A DNA stretch of 55,181 nt from NCBI GenBank assembly GCA_000996605.1, contig LCOP01000002.1, forward strand, positions 1 to 55,181, in the 5' to 3' direction. Shown piece by piece: positions 53,798-55,181 of this stretch (the first letter of the stretch is position 1; each line of letters begins with the position of its first letter). Under the pieces are notes generated by a model. That model saw nothing but the letters and a program-made list of their open reading frames with translations, was not told where the DNA came from and searched no databases. A program made the position numbers and the translations under genes. The stretch comes from Parcubacteria group bacterium GW2011_GWA1_47_8 (GTDB lineage Bacteria; Patescibacteriota; Minisyncoccia; Phycocordibacterales; UBA1550).

Positions 53798-53888
53798 ACA
53801 TGTGACGTGTGACCATTGACATGTGACTCGCAGATTTTCGCTTTGCGAAAATCTGCTGTCAATTGTTAAAGGTTAAATGTCAATTGTT
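53798..53888 (+). promoter_or_regulatory. structured pilB leader: two pairs of direct repeats phased at 21 nt around a perfect 12-bp hairpin
   Basis: ACATGTGAC at 53798 and 53819. Hairpin GCAGATTTTCGC-TTT-GCGAAAATCTGC at 53830-53856. TGTCAATTGTT at 53857 and 53878. Confidence 0.4.
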
Positions 53889-53896
53889 TTCACATC

Positions 53897-55181
53897 ATGC
53901 ACATCACTGAGGAAAAATTGAAGTCTATTGTACTCGAGTCGGGGCTGGTAAACGCTGATGACTTTACTGTGGCGACAGAAGAGGCGCGTCGTTCCGGTCA
54001 ATCGATTGCAAATGTCCTTATCGGTACAGAAAAAATTCCCGAGGACTATTTCGGGGAGCTCATGAGTTCATATTATCGAGTACCAATAGTTAACCTTAAA
54101 AAAGAAACGATTGACCCACAGGTACTCGGTCTTATTCCCGAAGTATACGCAAAATCAAAAAACATCGTACTTTTCGCGTATGACAAGGAGAAGGGTATTG
54201 CAAAACTCGCCATGCTCGATCCGTTCGACTACGATACTATTGAGTACGTACGAGCAAAGCTCGGCGCGTGGGTCGAAGCCTGCCTCACGACAACACAGAG
54301 TCTTCGTTACGGACTCAAACACTACAAGAAAAAGATTGGGATGGAGTTCAGTGAGATCATTTCCGAGAATATTGAGCAGTCTTTGGTGATAGCATCGGAG
54401 ACAGATCTTTCCAAGACGGCGACGGCAATGCCTATCGTCAGTATTCTCGACAATATAATCGACCATGCGACGGCTCTCAATACGTCAGATATTCATTTTG
54501 AACCGCTTGAACGCGAACTTTTGGTGCGATTTCGTATCGACGGAATCATGCAAGAGATTTTAAGCTTGCCTCAAGCCATCGCGCCAATCCTTGTCGCGCG
54601 GGTAAAGATTCTCGGCAATCTTCAGATAGACGAACATCGCGTCCCACAGGACGGACGCTTCCGTTTTGAGCGAGATGATGGTTCGAATATCGATGTGCGG
54701 GTAAACATTATGCCAGTTTTTCATGGGGAAAAAGTCGAGATGCGGTTACTCAAGAGTCAGGCACGTCCCCTTACGCTCGGGGATCTCGGCGTGTCAGACG
54801 AAGGAGTTGGTATCCTCGAGATAGAGATCAAGAAGCCCCACGGCATGATCCTCGTTACGGGTCCGACCGGACACGGCAAGACGACGACCCTGTACGCGAT
54901 CCTCCATATTTTGAATACGCCGTCGGTAAACATTACGACGATTGAAGACCCTATCGAATACGAGTTTCCCCGCGTAAATCAGACACAGGTGAATGCAAAA
55001 GCGGGAATCACGTTTGCGAACGGCCTCCGCGCGCTTCTTCGTCAAAATCCCGACATCATCATGATCGGTGAAATTCGCGACAACGAAACCGTCGAGATTG
55101 CGGTACACGCGGCGCTTACGGGGCACCTCGTCTTGTCGTCCCTCCATACCAACGACGCCCCGTCTGCACTGCCGCGCCTCC
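53897..55181 (+). CDS. pilB: type IV pilus assembly ATPase PilB/GspE family (partial, runs off window end)
   Basis: Absent from the ORF track because there is no stop in the window. ATG 53897 opens a frame reading MHITEEKLKSIVLESGLVNADDF... (T2SSE_N-like), then SDIHFEP, RFRIDG and Walker A GPTGHGKTTTLYA (54860 onward), IMIGEIRD and TGHLVLSSLHTND. Confidence 0.93.
   Translation, partial: MHITEEKLKSIVLESGLVNADDFTVATEEARRSGQSIANVLIGTEKIPEDYFGELMSSYYRVPIVNLKKETIDPQVLGLIPEVYAKSKNIVLFAYDKEKGIAKLAMLDPFDYDTIEYVRAKLGAWVEACLTTTQSLRYGLKHYKKKIGMEFSEIISENIEQSLVIASETDLSKTATAMPIVSILDNIIDHATALNTSDIHFEPLERELLVRFRIDGIMQEILSLPQAIAPILVARVKILGNLQIDEHRVPQDGRFRFERDDGSNIDVRVNIMPVFHGEKVEMRLLKSQARPLTLGDLGVSDEGVGILEIEIKKPHGMILVTGPTGHGKTTTLYAILHILNTPSVNITTIEDPIEYEFPRVNQTQVNAKAGITFANGLRALLRQNPDIIMIGEIRDNETVEIAVHAALTGHLVLSSLHTNDAPSALPRL

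Overview
This is a 55.2-kb, gene-dense bacterial window with very short intergenic spacers. By inference only, it looks most like a Candidate Phyla Radiation/Patescibacteria (Parcubacteria-like) genome. The reasons are the absence of Shine-Dalgarno sequences, a fused PilM-PilN, type IV pilins, a sigma-region-4/HARE-HTH protein and membrane-anchored pilin-like domains. I found no rRNA, tRNA or CRISPR array.

Gene order:
- Alpha-operon tail (rpsK end, rpsD, rpoA, rplQ), then rplM-rpsI.
- grpE-dnaK, then a 4-kb two-gene insertion (secreted beta-helix/LCAT-like lipase fusion plus a membrane protein), then dnaJ.
- A C39-like peptidase, plsC, and a repeat-rich spacer carrying a MITE-like element, then lysS.
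- An ABC exporter gene, a four-gene block, then a second ABC exporter gene. The block holds a PLP enzyme and a TrmB regulator on the minus strand, and an unannotated 25-codon Pro/Cys-rich sORF plus a prolyl oligopeptidase on the plus strand.
- A 76-aa gene, a disrupted ychF, leuS, mltG, mnmA, an IS630 remnant and an SDR.
- A MacAB/HlyD-type efflux operon and two P-type ATPases (one frameshifted and lacking TGES, one P1B-like lacking CPC).
- A SET-domain protein and a frameshifted secreted beta-sandwich protein.
- A type IV pilus locus: LytR_C, pilO-like, pilMN, two pilins, a possible peptidase and partial pilB. It is interrupted by a histidine kinase, a hemerythrin-like protein, two CheY-like receivers and a RAYT-type Y1 transposase flanked by REP-like palindromes.

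Recurring non-coding signals:
- TGnTAnAnT extended -10 boxes lie exactly 6-7 nt upstream of many ATGs, suggesting leaderless mRNAs.
- A family of composite intergenic elements is built from inverted GGAAT-type heptamer arrays around GC-rich hairpins.

The best candidate for something new is the sORF/prolyl-oligopeptidase module wedged between the two ABC exporter genes.

All functional calls come from motif recognition by eye. No database search, HMM or GC calculation was possible.
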